In this document: positions 63,968-64,000 of the stretch, in pieces
How positions within the stretch are numbered: the first letter of the stretch is position 1
Layout of the letters: every line of letters starts with the position of its first letter
NCBI GenBank assembly: GCA_035627655.1
Contig: DASPLI010000001.1
Span: forward strand, 601,605-665,604
Direction of reading: 5' to 3'
Origin: Minisyncoccota bacterium
GTDB taxonomy: Bacteria > Patescibacteriota > Minisyncoccia > Phycocordibacterales > Phycocordibacteraceae
Length of the DNA: 64,000 bases
The notes under the pieces: model-generated
Told to the model about the DNA's origin: nothing
Databases searched by the model: none
Seen by the model: the letters and a program-made list of their open reading frames with translations, nothing else
Program-made: the position numbers and the translations under genes

Positions 63968-64000
63968 ATATGGGAGACCGCGTCGAAGATCTTGCGCGCG

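Noticed and set aside
1-64000. CRISPR arrays, IS elements or transposases, integrases, rRNA genes
   Set aside because: No regularly spaced direct repeats, no DDE or tyrosine-recombinase-like ORFs, and no rRNA-like conserved stretches were seen. The only repeats are short terminator-type hairpin families.

Overview
This is a high-GC (~60%), gene-dense bacterial chromosome segment made up mostly of core housekeeping genes on both strands. The reduced aminoacyl-tRNA synthetase sizes and the many tiny membrane ORFs suggest a reduced-genome lineage (e.g. Patescibacteria-like), but its identity cannot be fixed from this window.

Core content, in order:
- The 3' end of ung and a pair of M16 peptidases.
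- A short AlaRS lacking the C-Ala domain.
- A ribosomal/RNAP block: infA-rpmJ-rpsM-rpsK-rpsD-rpoA-rplQ-rplM-rpsI.
- The grpE ... dnaK ... dnaJ chaperone locus.
- An orphan sensor histidine kinase.
- A possible small-molecule cluster: an IDO-like protein, a GCS2-type ligase, an AstE/AspA-family deacylase, a methyltransferase and a HAD hydrolase.
- Two TrpRS paralogs (one with a Cys4 Fe-S-type motif) flanking TyrRS and a tRNA-Tyr.
- An archaeal-type Asp/AsnRS, then scpA and scpB.
- A cell-wall/division block: dacA-like, mraY, ftsW, Nudix, murG, gltX and an M23 peptidase.
- An AlkA-like glycosylase, a LOG protein, a DEDD exonuclease, rpmA, rplI and a CAP-domain protein.
- An 812-aa surface protein carrying eight tandem Cys-pair mini-repeats and a C-terminal peptidoglycan-binding domain.
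- A Ctp protease, a CorA-like transporter, CysRS and DnaB.

Accessory or unusual content:
- The most notable feature is a four-gene ubiquitin-like conjugation cassette inserted between dnaK and dnaJ. It encodes a multi-domain E2/UBC-like protein, a JAB/JAMM peptidase, a ThiF/MoeB E1-like enzyme and a beta-grasp Ubl with a C-terminal extension. It has its own terminators and promoters and two small membrane ORFs downstream.
- A ~0.75 kb low-GC insertion between rpsI and grpE encodes a coiled-coil membrane protein.
- A lower-GC SET-domain gene lies next to the orphan kinase.
- Two families of near-identical hairpin elements sit directly on stop codons.
- Two long structured or non-coding stretches at 27.79-28.10 kb and 50.26-51.02 kb remain unexplained.

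No rRNA, CRISPR array, transposase or IS element was recognised.
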